From assembly GCA_963827275.1 (NCBI GenBank), contig CAWHAA010000005.1, positions 288,001 to 352,000 on the forward strand: a DNA stretch of 64,000 bases, in the 5' to 3' direction. A program made the translations under genes and the position numbers. The notes below the pieces were generated by a model that searched no databases, was not told where the DNA came from, and was given only the letters and a program-made list of their open reading frames with translations. Below, one piece after another: positions 32,100 to 43,005 of the stretch. This DNA comes from an uncultured Spirochaetota bacterium (GTDB lineage: Bacteria; Spirochaetota; UBA4802; UBA5550). Every line of letters starts with the position of its first letter. The stretch's first letter is position 1.

Positions 32100-32882
32100 A
32101 TGGAATTTAAAGAAAAACGCCCTCTCTATCTGTTTGAAGAGATAATCTCCATCCTCAGGGGTGAACACGGGTGTCCCTGGGACAAAAAGCAGACCCACCA
32201 GACCCTGCGGCCGTACCTCATAGAAGAAACCTACGAGGCGATTGATGCGATCGAGAGCGGCGATCCCGGACATATCAAGGAAGAACTGGGGGACATTCTC
32301 CTGCAGATATACCTGCACGCCGAAATTGCCCGCGAAAAGGGGGAGTTTACCATCGATGACGTGGCGCAGGCAATAACCGACAAGATAATCCTCCGCCACC
32401 CCCACGTGTTCGGCGATGACCGGGTCCGGGACGCGGACCAGGTCGTCGAACGGTGGGAGGAGATCAAGAAAAAGGAGAAGCCCCACCGCGAGTCCATGCT
32501 TGACGGCGTGCCGAAGCACCTGCCGGCACTCCTGAAAGCGTACCGCATCCAGCAGAAGGTCTCCCGCGTCGGCTTCGACTGGGAAAAGATCGGGGATGTC
32601 GCCGACAAGCTCGACGAGGAAGTCGGGGAGCTCAAGGAGGCACTCCGCTCCACCGACCCCGGGCGGATCGCCGACGAGGCGGGGGACATCCTTTTCAGCA
32701 TAGCAAACCTGCTCCGCTTCATCAACATCAATCCGGAGGACGCCCTGAGCAGGACCAACAACAAGTTCATGGCGCGTTTCCGGCATATCGAGAAACGGGC
32801 CGGCGAGATGAAAAAAAACATCGAGGATATGACGATCGACGAGATGGAGAGCCTCTGGCGGGAGGCAAAGGGAACGGTGTGA
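32100..32882 (+). CDS. mazG: nucleoside triphosphate pyrophosphohydrolase
   Basis: GCPWDKKQT, IEETYE, EELGD, RHPHVF, GFDW. Confidence 0.95.
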   Translation: MEFKEKRPLYLFEEIISILRGEHGCPWDKKQTHQTLRPYLIEETYEAIDAIESGDPGHIKEELGDILLQIYLHAEIAREKGEFTIDDVAQAITDKIILRHPHVFGDDRVRDADQVVERWEEIKKKEKPHRESMLDGVPKHLPALLKAYRIQQKVSRVGFDWEKIGDVADKLDEEVGELKEALRSTDPGRIADEAGDILFSIANLLRFININPEDALSRTNNKFMARFRHIEKRAGEMKKNIEDMTIDEMESLWREAKGTV

Positions 32883-32908
32883 CGGGGCGCCGCTTCAGGC
32901 CGGCGCCC

Positions 32909-34567
32909 TCATTTTATTGCTCTGACACCCTCAATCTCCCGGAGTATCCGCTTCATGTCATCCGGTGAAATATTCCCGCGCCCGAACTTGTACGAATATA
33001 TTTCTTCTTTTATTCTGTCAATGGCGGCCCCGCTGGCATCCGGGCTTCCGGCCCCGTCCCTGCGCGCCTGTTCAAGCGATTTCTCTGCCGCCTTCAGGAA
33101 CCCTTCGCCGTCGCCACGGTCAATGCAGCGGGCCGCCTCGGCGTGATAGTCCTGCTCCGCGCGCGCGGGCCGTTCCTCCTCCTGCCGCCGGTCGCCCTCG
33201 TGCCCGTGAACGACCAGCCGGTACCGCTTCCGCTCCCAGACCACAACGAAGACGATCGCCCCCGCCAGCGCAATGACAATAAGGGCAATATAGAGGGGAT
33301 TGAAATCGACACGCTTCTCCTTCTCCTCGTCAAAGCGGGCCCCCTGCCGGGCGCCGTCGCCTTTGGCGGTAAAGGAAATCTCTCCGGACAGGGCGGTCTC
33401 ATACTTCCCGCTTTCAGGGTTGAAGAAGGTGAACCTGAAGCGCCCGGGGTTCATGAGGCCGGCCTTTTCCGGCACCAGGGTATAGATATATTTCTTGCTC
33501 CCCCGCAGCCTGCCTCCGTCGATTTTGATAGCGCTTTCTCCTTCCTCCGCTATCACCTTGAGGCCGGGCACTTCGCGCTCGAGCGAGGGCTTCGTCATGG
33601 TGACCAGGTTGCCCGCCCCCTCCACCGTCACGGCGATTTTTTTCTCATCGTACACCCTGACTTCGCCATCCGGGCTGTCAGCACGGATGGTGAAACTGCC
33701 GATATCGCCCTGGAAGGTATCAGGCCTGCCCTGCTCCGGCAGCGGCACAATCGCGATGGATTTGGTGTCAAAGGGGAGGACCTGGGTACGGGTGAAGCCG
33801 GGAACATTCATACCGAAAAATTCATCTATACGGCGGCGCGATGACGTCTCCACTGCCAGGAGCGCCGACCCCCCGCCGACGCGGTAGCTCCCCGCGCCCG
33901 CCGGTATCAGCGCGAAGGTGGCGATGTGCGCCCTGGCGTACTCTCCCTCGCGCCCCTGTTCGCCGAGCGCGGGGTCATCGATCATCTTTATCGCGAACCC
34001 CTTCGTGTCAGGGAATTGATTGAAGCGCTGGGCGCTCGCGCGCAGCCCCGCAGTGAGCAGGTAATATCTCATGATGACGGGCTGTCCCACGTAGGCGGTA
34101 CCGGAGGAAAGCTCCACCGAGGACCTGATGTCCGCAATGGCGGACCCGCCCCCATCGGCCGGGGAGCCGCCGCCGGCCGCCACCGTGAGGGAAACCTCTT
34201 CAGAGAGGAGCCTCTCTTTTCCGCGCTGCAGAACGAGCGGGGGGATCCGGTAGCGTCCGGCCTTACGGGCGGTCACGGAGAAAAGAAGCTTCACCCCCGA
34301 CCAGGACCTGCCGTTGACATACTCATAGCTCTGTTCCATGCCGCTGTACTCGATCGTAAGCCCGGGGACGGACGGGTACTGCACCGGCTTAATCCCGTCT
34401 GCATCGCCGGAGAGCCTGATACGGAGCATGGTCGAGTCGCCCACCTCAATGGAAGATTCCTCGATCTCGGTTTCAAGCCGCGCCGCGCCGTACGCGCCGG
34501 CGGCGTTGAGCGCGAGTATCGCGCAGAGCAGGATCTTACCAGTATTTTTCAAGCTTTCTCTTTTCAT
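32909..34567 (-). CDS. batD: BatD-family protein
   Basis: Signal peptide, Ig-like segments, C-terminal TM; position in Bat operon. Confidence 0.8.
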   Translation of the reverse strand: MKRESLKNTGKILLCAILALNAAGAYGAARLETEIEESSIEVGDSTMLRIRLSGDADGIKPVQYPSVPGLTIEYSGMEQSYEYVNGRSWSGVKLLFSVTARKAGRYRIPPLVLQRGKERLLSEEVSLTVAAGGGSPADGGGSAIADIRSSVELSSGTAYVGQPVIMRYYLLTAGLRASAQRFNQFPDTKGFAIKMIDDPALGEQGREGEYARAHIATFALIPAGAGSYRVGGGSALLAVETSSRRRIDEFFGMNVPGFTRTQVLPFDTKSIAIVPLPEQGRPDTFQGDIGSFTIRADSPDGEVRVYDEKKIAVTVEGAGNLVTMTKPSLEREVPGLKVIAEEGESAIKIDGGRLRGSKKYIYTLVPEKAGLMNPGRFRFTFFNPESGKYETALSGEISFTAKGDGARQGARFDEEKEKRVDFNPLYIALIVIALAGAIVFVVVWERKRYRLVVHGHEGDRRQEEERPARAEQDYHAEAARCIDRGDGEGFLKAAEKSLEQARRDGAGSPDASGAAIDRIKEEIYSYKFGRGNISPDDMKRILREIEGVRAIK

Positions 34568-35252
34568 CGCCGCTCCCTTTCTGTCTCCGCACCGGACTCT
34601 GCTGCAGGGACCGGAGGATATTCTTGACCTGTTCCTTGTTCATGCTGTTCTCCCCGCGGTTGCTCTTATCACCCTGCCGGTTCTCCTGTTTTTTATCCCG
34701 GTTCTTGTTGTCCTGCCCGGACTTGTCTTTATCCTTTGTAGTATCCTTGTTGTCTTTATTATCTTTCTTGTCTTTATTATCTTTCTTTTCTTTTTTGTCT
34801 TTATTGTCCTGATTCATATGTTTCAGCACGTACTCGATATTTTTCTTCGCCCGGTCGTACCCGGGATCGATCTTCAGCGCGTTCATATAGGCGTTGATGG
34901 CCTCACGGTAATTCTTCTGCTTGAGATACACGTTGCCAGAATTAAAAAAGGCCTTTTTCTGCACGTCCCGGTCGTCCGACTGGACAGCGCGCTGGTACCC
35001 GGTCAGGGCGTTATCGCCGTCCTCGAGCATGTAGTCCGCGTCCGCGCTGTTGAAGGCGAGCTTCTTTTTATCGTCCTCGCCCGGCGCATACTTTTCAGCT
35101 TTCTCGTAATACCGCTTGGCGTTGTTGTATTTCTTCTGGTTGAATTCCTCGTTGCCGCTCGAAACGGCATCACGGTAGGGATCAAGCCACGAAATTGAAA
35201 GAAACGCGCAGATGACCATTGCCGGTACAAATGCCGCATGCTTTCCAGTCAT
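34536..35252 (-). CDS. batC: TPR protein, BatC-like
   Basis: TPR motifs (FNSGNVY, AYMNALKIDP) and K/D-rich tail. Confidence 0.75.
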   Translation of the reverse strand: MTGKHAAFVPAMVICAFLSISWLDPYRDAVSSGNEEFNQKKYNNAKRYYEKAEKYAPGEDDKKKLAFNSADADYMLEDGDNALTGYQRAVQSDDRDVQKKAFFNSGNVYLKQKNYREAINAYMNALKIDPGYDRAKKNIEYVLKHMNQDNKDKKEKKDNKDKKDNKDNKDTTKDKDKSGQDNKNRDKKQENRQGDKSNRGENSMNKEQVKNILRSLQQSPVRRQKGSGDEKRKLEKYW

Positions 35253-35331
35253 ATCGCCGGTCTCCTTCTTAACTATTAATACTGGCATCAATGTACGGCA
35301 CCCTGCCGCCTGACATAGAATCAACGCCTCT

Positions 35332-36333
35332 TTATCTTCTGCGCTCCGGCAGCATCAACTCCACCGAAAGGAGAATGAGCAAAACAAGCACGAAAATCTG
35401 GTACTGCTCGCGGGGTTCCTTGATGATACGCGAGCCGAACTTGCTCCGCTGCTGTTCCGAGATGATGTCCATCACGTAATGGAGGCCCGAGAAACCGTCC
35501 GTTATATCGATGTATGAGCCGCGGGTGAGACCGGCGATGCGCTTCAGGAAAGACGCGTCCTTCGCCGTCTTCACCAGCTTCCCGCCCGAATCCCGGTAAT
35601 AGCTGTCGGGGGACGTGTTGTCGCCGGCCGCCGGTATCACCTCGCCGCCCGCCCTGCCGATGCCCACGGTATAGATGGCGACGTCCATCTCCCGGAATAT
35701 CTTCGCTGCGTCCTCGGCGGTCCCTTCATGGTCTTCGCCGTCCGTGATGATAATAAGGATACGCGACGTGAGCCGCTTGTCCTTGAAGACGCGGGCCGCC
35801 TGCTTGAGCGCCATGCCGATGTCCGTGCCCTTCAGGTTGATCGAATCCGGCGAGGCCGCGTCGAGAAACATCATGAAGGCGCCGTAGTCGTTGGTCAGGG
35901 GGCACTGGAGGAACGCGTCGCCGGAAAAGAGGACCAGGCCCACGCGGTCCCCCGCAAGGGACTCGACGATCCACCGGACCGCGTCCCTGGCGCGCCCGAG
36001 CCGGCTCGGCTTCACGTCCTGGGCAAGCATGCTGGGGCTCACGTCAAGTGCGATGAGCACGTCAGCGCCCTCGTTGTTGACCTCGCGCACCTGTTCCCCC
36101 CACTGCGGCCGCAGGAGCGCCACGGCGCAGAGCACAATTGAAATGACGACAAGGGCCTGCTTCGCCCGCGCGACAGCGCCGGAGCCCTGTATGAGATGGT
36201 TCCGCGCCACGCCGCGCCTGAGGAGCGCGATGGCGCGGCGCTTCCACACAAGGTAGAATACGAACAGCGCGAGGGTCACTGCCGCGGCCGAGACGATGTA
36301 GATAAGATACTGATAGTTACCTAATTGCATCAT
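35332..36333 (-). CDS. batB: vWA protein, BatB-like
   Basis: LDVSPSMLAQD, PSRL, ITDGEDH. Confidence 0.85.
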   Translation of the reverse strand: MMQLGNYQYLIYIVSAAAVTLALFVFYLVWKRRAIALLRRGVARNHLIQGSGAVARAKQALVVISIVLCAVALLRPQWGEQVREVNNEGADVLIALDVSPSMLAQDVKPSRLGRARDAVRWIVESLAGDRVGLVLFSGDAFLQCPLTNDYGAFMMFLDAASPDSINLKGTDIGMALKQAARVFKDKRLTSRILIIITDGEDHEGTAEDAAKIFREMDVAIYTVGIGRAGGEVIPAAGDNTSPDSYYRDSGGKLVKTAKDASFLKRIAGLTRGSYIDITDGFSGLHYVMDIISEQQRSKFGSRIIKEPREQYQIFVLVLLILLSVELMLPERRR

Positions 36334-36387
36334 GACACCGTGACCCCCCTGTCGCTCCGGGGACACCCGCAGGAAAAATGCTGACCG

Positions 36388-36579
36388 CCCCCCTGTCCCC
36401 CGCTGGGGGCACGTGCGATCATACTTGTACTATAACCCTTACCTGATCTCATCACTAACCGCATTGAGGTCTTTCATAACTTCTTCATTAAAATCGTTAT
36501 ATAATAATCCCCGTTCTCTTCATGTTCCATGATATACATCCAAACCCTTCATTCGTGCCCCCTGCGGGGGACAGGGGGG
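36388..36579. repeat. inverted pair of GC-rich REP-like units
   Basis: CCCCCTGTCCCCCGCTGGGGGCACG at 36388 and its reverse complement at 36554-36579. Confidence 0.75.
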
Positions 36580-36581
36580 TC

Positions 36582-37577
36582 TTACGGCACCTTCCGGTAA
36601 AAAACGGAGCGGAGCAGTATTTCAAGAAAAAAGAGCGCCGCCGCCGCCACGATAAACCACTGGAAGCGGTCGTAAAACTCGTGGTACTGCTTCAGCTCCA
36701 CCTGGCTCTTTTCGAGCCGGTCGATGTCCCTGATGTTCTGCCAGAGGACGCCGGCCGAGGTCGCGTTGAAGAACTTTCCGCCCGTGGTCTCGGCGATTTT
36801 TTTCAGCGTATCCTCATCCATGTCCATGACGACATGGCGGGTCATCCCCATGAACCCGGTGGGGTATGGGACCGGCTCGCCCTTCTTCCCTATCCCCACG
36901 GCGTAGATCCGGATCCCCATTTCCGCCGCCGCCTTCGCTGCGGTCTCCGGGTCCATGCTCCCCCGGTTGTTCATCCCGTCGGTCACGAGCAGGATGACCC
37001 TGCTCTTCGACGTGCTCTCCATCATGCGCGCCGTGGCAAGGGCGATCGCATCGCCGATGGCGGTGCCGTCAACGTGCACCGACTCGAAATCGACCTCCTG
37101 CACGATGTCCCGTATCATCCGGTGCTCCAGTGTCAGCGGGCACTGCAAATAGGCCTCGCCCGCGAACACCACCATGCCGACGCGGTCGGTCTTTCTGCGT
37201 GACACGAAGTCCTCGATCACCTTCTTGGACACCGCGAGGCGGTTCTTCGGCTGGAAGTCCTCGGCAAGCATGGAGAGGGAAACATCCATGGCGATCATGA
37301 TGTCCACGCCGAGGTTCTTGACGCTCGAGTAGTGGACCCCCTTGCCCGGCCGCGACAGCGCGACGATCAGGAGCAGGAGCGCCGCAAACCTCAGGACGGG
37401 CAGGAAGCGGTACGTGCGCGCCCGTATGGAGCCCCTGGCGCGGACGACCCTCTCGGAGGATATCGCCACCGCCGCCTCGCGGTTATAGAGCTTCCGGAAG
37501 AGAAACCAGAAGAGCATCGCCGCCCACGGAACAAGCAGGAGCAGCATCAGCGGCGTCTTGAACTCAAGCTGTTCCAT
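36582..37577 (-). CDS. batA: vWA protein, BatA-like
   Basis: MDVSLSMLAEDFQPKNRL, GTAIGDAI, TDGMNNRG. Confidence 0.88.
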   Translation of the reverse strand: MEQLEFKTPLMLLLLVPWAAMLFWFLFRKLYNREAAVAISSERVVRARGSIRARTYRFLPVLRFAALLLLIVALSRPGKGVHYSSVKNLGVDIMIAMDVSLSMLAEDFQPKNRLAVSKKVIEDFVSRRKTDRVGMVVFAGEAYLQCPLTLEHRMIRDIVQEVDFESVHVDGTAIGDAIALATARMMESTSKSRVILLVTDGMNNRGSMDPETAAKAAAEMGIRIYAVGIGKKGEPVPYPTGFMGMTRHVVMDMDEDTLKKIAETTGGKFFNATSAGVLWQNIRDIDRLEKSQVELKQYHEFYDRFQWFIVAAAALFFLEILLRSVFYRKVP

Positions 37578-38562
37578 CGCCCGCGTCTCCCGATAATTTT
37601 TTCGCCAGGCCCACGGTGCGGTCGAGGCTGGAATGCAGGAGCTCCGCCGACGGCGTGAACTCCGCGAACTTGGAGAGGTCCCACAGGTTCAGGACGCCCA
37701 TGATGTCGCCATGGTGCGCGTCGTACAGGCCCGCGGGGAACACCTTCCTGATTTTTTTCTCTATCTCGTAGGTGGTCATGTCGGTCGCATCAAACCCGAA
37801 CTGCGACGACAGGAATTTTCTGAATATCATGGAGATGCCGAACACGAATTCGTCGATCTTCCCCTCGGCGATAAGCCTGTCGCCGGCGAAGGCGCCGATC
37901 TCATTAAAAAAGATCCGTATCGGGGGAATGATGACCGGGGCCGCGAGACGCGCCGCCCGCCATCTCGTGAAATACCGCCATCCGACAAAGGCGGCGATCC
38001 CGGCGGCGATGAGGCCCAGGACCAGGAACGCGAGGCGCCAGTAGTTGCCGCCCAGGGCCAGCGGCGGTTCGATTTCCTGGAACTCTCCCTTTTCGTTGAG
38101 CGCGGCGATCTCCACCTTCGGGACCTGGTACCCGATTGCGATCCCGTCCGCGCCCCTGATCTCGACATCGGGCAGCTGCCAGGTGCCGGGATGGTAAAAC
38201 GACATTTGCAGTATCACGGTGATATCGGTCATGGCCGCATCTGACCGGTCGTCCTTCTTTATCGAATGAATAACATACACGGGAACATACTGCGCCGGGT
38301 CATCTTCCGGTTTTTCCCCGTCGGCTTTCTTTTTCGGCGCGGCGTCCTTCTTTGTTTCCTGGTAGAATTCGCGCTTCTCGGGCGGGTTGATCGACAGCGC
38401 CGAACGGCCCTTCACCGCCACGTTGACGCGGTACTCAAGCAATGCGCCCACGGTTGCCTTCTGCGGAGTAACGGTGGCCTTGATCAGGGGTGCGCCCTGT
38501 TCACCCGGGGCCGCCGCCATCACCAGGAGGGCGGCCGCAATTGTCATCACTCTCGATTTCAT
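37564..38562 (-). CDS. Bat-operon membrane protein
   Basis: Signal peptide, TM segment, DLSKFA motif. Confidence 0.7.
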   Translation of the reverse strand: MKSRVMTIAAALLVMAAAPGEQGAPLIKATVTPQKATVGALLEYRVNVAVKGRSALSINPPEKREFYQETKKDAAPKKKADGEKPEDDPAQYVPVYVIHSIKKDDRSDAAMTDITVILQMSFYHPGTWQLPDVEIRGADGIAIGYQVPKVEIAALNEKGEFQEIEPPLALGGNYWRLAFLVLGLIAAGIAAFVGWRYFTRWRAARLAAPVIIPPIRIFFNEIGAFAGDRLIAEGKIDEFVFGISMIFRKFLSSQFGFDATDMTTYEIEKKIRKVFPAGLYDAHHGDIMGVLNLWDLSKFAEFTPSAELLHSSLDRTVGLAKKLSGDAGDGTA

Positions 38563-38566
38563 GCGC

Positions 38567-39406
38567 TCAGGACCTCGTAATCCTGGTTCGGTTGCGTTTC
38601 TCGAAATATTTCAGTATCGGGATCTCGATCGGCTCGGCGGTGCTCAAGGAGATGGCGTTGAATTCAGCCAGGACCGGGAAATTCCCTTTTTCCGGGACCG
38701 CGTCGGAGAGGAACACCTTCCCGGTCTCGAGGTCCACGAACTCGGTGAGCCCGAAGAAGCGGGCCTCCTTTTCAAGCGGGTCTGACACCTGTATCGGGAT
38801 GATGTCGTGCTTTCTCGCAAGCAGCTTCATCTTGAGGACAAAGCCGTCATCCGGGTCAAGGAAGTCCGAGATGATGAAGACGATGCTCCGCTTCTTGAGG
38901 ACGCGCTGGACGAAGTCGATGGCGGCCGATATGCGCGTTTCCCTTCCCGCGGGCCTGAATTTCACGATCTCGTCGAGCACTTTCAAAACGAACTTGCGCC
39001 CCTTCTTGGCGCGGATGAAGCGCTCGACCCGGTCGGTAAAGATGCAGGCGCTCACGCGGTCGTTGTTGATCTGCGCCAGGTTCAGGAAGAGCGCGGCGAC
39101 CTCGAGCACCAGGTCCCGCTTCCGCCTGCCGCTGCCGAACTCGGTGGACCCCGACATGTCGATCATGAGCACCACGGAGAGCTCGCGCTCCTCGATGTAC
39201 TCCTTGATGTAGAGGTTGCGCATCCGCGCGGACACGTTCCAGTCGATGTTCCGGACGTCGTCGCCGTACTGGTATTCGCGCACCGAGTCGAACGACAGCC
39301 CGTGCCCCTTGAAGGCCGAGTGGTACTCGCCCATAAAGAGGGTGTTGATCTTCTTTCCGGGCTGGAGCCGTATCTTCTTTAAGAGCCCGAGTTCCCCGGT
39401 TTCCAC
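38567..39406 (-). CDS. DUF58 protein
   Basis: FKGHGLSFDSVREYQYGDDVRNIDWNVSAR. Confidence 0.9.
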   Translation of the reverse strand: METGELGLLKKIRLQPGKKINTLFMGEYHSAFKGHGLSFDSVREYQYGDDVRNIDWNVSARMRNLYIKEYIEERELSVVLMIDMSGSTEFGSGRRKRDLVLEVAALFLNLAQINNDRVSACIFTDRVERFIRAKKGRKFVLKVLDEIVKFRPAGRETRISAAIDFVQRVLKKRSIVFIISDFLDPDDGFVLKMKLLARKHDIIPIQVSDPLEKEARFFGLTEFVDLETGKVFLSDAVPEKGNFPVLAEFNAISLSTAEPIEIPILKYFEKRNRTRITRS

Positions 39407-40390
39407 TTACGGGACCTCCACGGAATCGAACAGCATTTTCACCACGTCGTCGGCGCTCTTGCCGTCCGCCTCCGCCTCGTAGGAGAGGATGATGCGGTGC
39501 CGCAGCACGTCGGCGCCGATCTCCTTGATGTCGTCCGGGGTGACGAAGCCCCGGCCCCTGATGAAGGCGATGCAGCGCGACGCCTTCATGAGCGCGATCG
39601 AGGCCCGCGGGCTCGCGCCGAACTCGATGTATTTCTTCAGCTCCTTGCGCGACGGCCGCCTGGTCTCGCCCACGATGGTGACGATGTAGTCGATGAGCTT
39701 GTCGTCAATGTATATCTTTTCGATTATTTCAGCTTTCTTCGCGATGCTGTCCGGCGAGATCACCTTCTTGACATTATCCAGATTTATTTCGCTGAAGCGG
39801 TTCAGGATCTCCTTCTCCTGCTCGTGCGTGGGGTACTCCACCAGGACCTTCATGAAGAAGCGGTCGAGCTGCGCCTCGGGCAGGGGATAGGTGCCCTCCT
39901 GCTCGATGGGGTTTTCGGTGGCAAGCACCATGAAGGGCCGTGCAAGGGCGTGGGTCTCCTCGCCTATGGTGACCTGCCGCTCCTCCATGCACTGGAGGAG
40001 CGCCGACTGCACCTTTGCCGGGGCGCGGTTTATCTCGTCCGCGAGGAGCAGGTTCGTAAAGATAGGCCCTTTCCGGGTGAAGAAGTCGAGCTCTTTCGGG
40101 TTATAGATGCGGGTACCGATGAGGTCCGCGGGAAGCAGGTCCGGGGTGAACTGCACCCTCTGGAACGAAGTGTCGATGACGCGGGCAAAGACCCGTATGG
40201 CGAGGGTCTTGGCCAGGCCGGGAAGCCCCTCAAGCAATATGTGCCCCTCGGAAATAAAGGAGATCAGTATCCGGTCCACAAGGGCCTCCTGGCCCACGAT
40301 GACCTTTGCTATCTCCGCTTTTATCTTACCGACAAAATCATTCTCAGCCTTCACTTTTTCAGTGAGCTTTTCAATCTCGGCGTAATCCAT
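39407..40390 (-). CDS. moxR: MoxR-family AAA+ ATPase
   Basis: GLPGLAKT, QFTPDLLPAD, DEINRA, NPIEQEGTYPLPEAQLDRF. Confidence 0.95.
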   Translation of the reverse strand: MDYAEIEKLTEKVKAENDFVGKIKAEIAKVIVGQEALVDRILISFISEGHILLEGLPGLAKTLAIRVFARVIDTSFQRVQFTPDLLPADLIGTRIYNPKELDFFTRKGPIFTNLLLADEINRAPAKVQSALLQCMEERQVTIGEETHALARPFMVLATENPIEQEGTYPLPEAQLDRFFMKVLVEYPTHEQEKEILNRFSEINLDNVKKVISPDSIAKKAEIIEKIYIDDKLIDYIVTIVGETRRPSRKELKKYIEFGASPRASIALMKASRCIAFIRGRGFVTPDDIKEIGADVLRHRIILSYEAEADGKSADDVVKMLFDSVEVP

Positions 40391-40827
40391 AGCGCGTCTC
40401 CACGAACGATAGTAATAAAAGGATGTAAGGTATGAAATTTAAAGATATATACTTTTGTCTACAAGAAAAACCGTGTTACTCTATGGCAAACGAAGCCATC
40501 GATATACCAAATTGTTTAGTGATGGCGTTGCCAATAATGTTACACGTGAGTGTACTCAATACAAAAAATATCGGCGGGGGCTGCACCAGGCAAATCGGCA
40601 ACACAGCGCGATCAATATCGCGCTACCGGCTGCATAATACTGAACAAACTAAAATTTTTATATAGCGAATTCCCGCCTGTGACTAAACTCCATAAACTCG
40701 GTTTTGAAGGCAATTTTGACTTGATAAAAAAACAATTTCTATTCAGATTTGCAGATACATCACACTATTGCCAGAACATGCTATTTTTCCATGGTATGCA
40801 ACATAATCTATCAAGAGGAGGAACATC

Positions 40828-42114
40828 ATGCCCATCCATGACAAAGACTTTATCAAGGCCCTCGAAGTCGGAAGGCCGCCGAACATAACGAAGCTTTTCC
40901 CCAACTCAAAGGCGCTCCTGGTGAGCGGGAAAGTGATCGACCGGGCCATGATTGCGAAAGGGAACGCCATCGCCATCGCCGCGAACGTACGGAACAGCTT
41001 CGTCATTCGGGGCGCCCTCATGGCCGCACAGCGCGCGAACGCTGCGATCATCCTTGAAATAGCGAAATCAGAGGGCGGCGCCAAGGCCTACTGTGCCGTC
41101 AATTACTGGAACATGGCGACCCTGATCGATGCGGTCTGCAACGAACTGGGCATCACCGTCCCGGTCGCGATCCATGCCGACCACTACGGCATCCAGAACG
41201 ACAAGGACCTGGCCGCCGCGAAAATCGAAATCCCCACCATGTTCGACGCCGGCATGACGTCCATCGCGATCGACGCGTCGCACCTGCCCGACGACAAGAA
41301 CCTTCTCGCGAGCATCGAGCTCAATCCGCTGGTCCCGAAATGGGCCGGCCTCGAAACGGAGGTCGGCGAGATCAAGGGGAAGGAAGGGCTGTCGACGCCG
41401 GAAGAGGCGCTTTTCCTCATCCAGGGCCTGAACGCGCACGACATCTTTCCCGACTGGATCGCCCTGAACAACGGCACCACGCACGGGATAGAGGAGAGCG
41501 ACGCGGGGATACAGGTCGACCTTACCGCGAAGATACACGCGGCCATCGAAAAATACAAGGTCTCCGGCGCGCAGCACGGGACCTCCGGCAACAGCTCGGA
41601 CCGGCTCCGCCAGATAGCGCAGAAAACCAGGACCACGAAGGCGAACGTCGCCACCGCCCTGCAGATGATCTCCTGGGGCCTGGAAGTCAACGACTACGGA
41701 AACGCCATCATGGACGCGAGCAAGAACTTCAAGAAGACCAAAGGCGCCGGTGTAACCGAGGAGATGTGGGAGGAGATGGTGAAGTACGCCACGGAAAAGA
41801 CCCTCAAGGCGGGTGATTACAAGAAGCTGAACCTCCCCTTCGAGAACAAGCTCACCGGGCTGCCGCGCGATGTCCGCGACCGCATGGCGAAGGGCGTGGA
41901 GGACTTCGTTTATGGAATGCTCGCAAATGTCCTCAACGCGAAGGACACGGCGCCGATGGGGATCGAAGCCATACTCAAGGCAAAATCCTACGACCTCGGC
42001 CCTAAGATGTCACGTATCGAGGACCCGAAAGAATGGACCAAGGAGAAAATAATTGAGAGGGCAAAAGTCTTTTCCAAGGCTCCCGACACCTCCGGCAAAG
42101 ACCATAGCGATTAA
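40828..42114 (+). CDS. class II fructose-bisphosphate aldolase family protein
   Basis: HADH, IDASH, ETEVGEI, NGTTHG, QHGTSG, KANVAT. Confidence 0.9.
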   Translation: MPIHDKDFIKALEVGRPPNITKLFPNSKALLVSGKVIDRAMIAKGNAIAIAANVRNSFVIRGALMAAQRANAAIILEIAKSEGGAKAYCAVNYWNMATLIDAVCNELGITVPVAIHADHYGIQNDKDLAAAKIEIPTMFDAGMTSIAIDASHLPDDKNLLASIELNPLVPKWAGLETEVGEIKGKEGLSTPEEALFLIQGLNAHDIFPDWIALNNGTTHGIEESDAGIQVDLTAKIHAAIEKYKVSGAQHGTSGNSSDRLRQIAQKTRTTKANVATALQMISWGLEVNDYGNAIMDASKNFKKTKGAGVTEEMWEEMVKYATEKTLKAGDYKKLNLPFENKLTGLPRDVRDRMAKGVEDFVYGMLANVLNAKDTAPMGIEAILKAKSYDLGPKMSRIEDPKEWTKEKIIERAKVFSKAPDTSGKDHSD

Positions 42115-42228
42115 GATGACAGCGCACGCGATGCCCCGTAATGCGGGGCATCGCTTTATAAAAACAGATGTAACAAAAAGAGCAGGCATGTTCCTCAGAT
42201 ATACATATAGCAGCTCCCGGGAGGATTA

Positions 42229-42945
42229 ATGAATTATCTTGCGGCACTTTTCATACTTGGCGCCCTGATCCTGCTGCACGAGGCGGGCCACTTTTTCGCG
42301 GCAAAAGCTGCCGGCATCCCGGTGAAGCTCTTTTCAATCGGGTTCGGGCCGGCCCTCTGGAAAAAGAGCATCGGCGCCACGGAATACCGCCTCTCGCTGA
42401 TACCGCTTGGCGGCTACGTGCTCCCCGCCCTCCGGGACGAGAAGGATTATTTCGACATCCCCGTCCACAAACGGATACTGCTCTCCCTGGGCGGACCGGC
42501 GGCAAACATCGCCGCGGTCCTCATACTGTTTGCCGCACTCAACGTGATTCAATCGGGCCCCTCGCTCGCGGGCATATTCATATCCCCGGTGACGCAGACC
42601 GCCTCACTCATGTATAAGATCATTGCATCGCTGGCGGGGCTTTTCACGCAGGACGGCACCCTGTACGGCATCGTGGGCGTTGTGCACCAGGGCGGCACAT
42701 TCATCGACGGCGGCTGGACCAGCGCCGTGCGCCTCGCCCTCGTCCTGAGCGCCAACCTCGCGGTCGTCAACCTCCTGCCGCTCCCTGTGCTCGACGGCGG
42801 AAAAATTCTGTTATGCCTCCTTGAAAAAATAAGCGTGCGGCTCCGGGCGGTGTACATGCCGATGATGGTGATCGGCTGGCTGTTCATAGTCGGCCTCATG
42901 ATATATGCGACTGTCCTGGACGCGGGAAGACTGCTGATGAGTTAA
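42229..42945 (+). CDS. site-2 (M50/RseP-like) metalloprotease
   Basis: HEAGH, FSIGFGP, NLLPLPVLDGG. Confidence 0.9.
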   Translation: MNYLAALFILGALILLHEAGHFFAAKAAGIPVKLFSIGFGPALWKKSIGATEYRLSLIPLGGYVLPALRDEKDYFDIPVHKRILLSLGGPAANIAAVLILFAALNVIQSGPSLAGIFISPVTQTASLMYKIIASLAGLFTQDGTLYGIVGVVHQGGTFIDGGWTSAVRLALVLSANLAVVNLLPLPVLDGGKILLCLLEKISVRLRAVYMPMMVIGWLFIVGLMIYATVLDAGRLLMS

Positions 42946-43005
42946 TCATGAAAATCAATCCGATGCGGTTACACCTATAAACGAAGGGGTTTGGAAAACC
43001 ATACT

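Noticed and set aside
34680..34820. Tandem-like repeats in batC
   Set aside because: Low-complexity K/D/N linker typical of BatC-like proteins.
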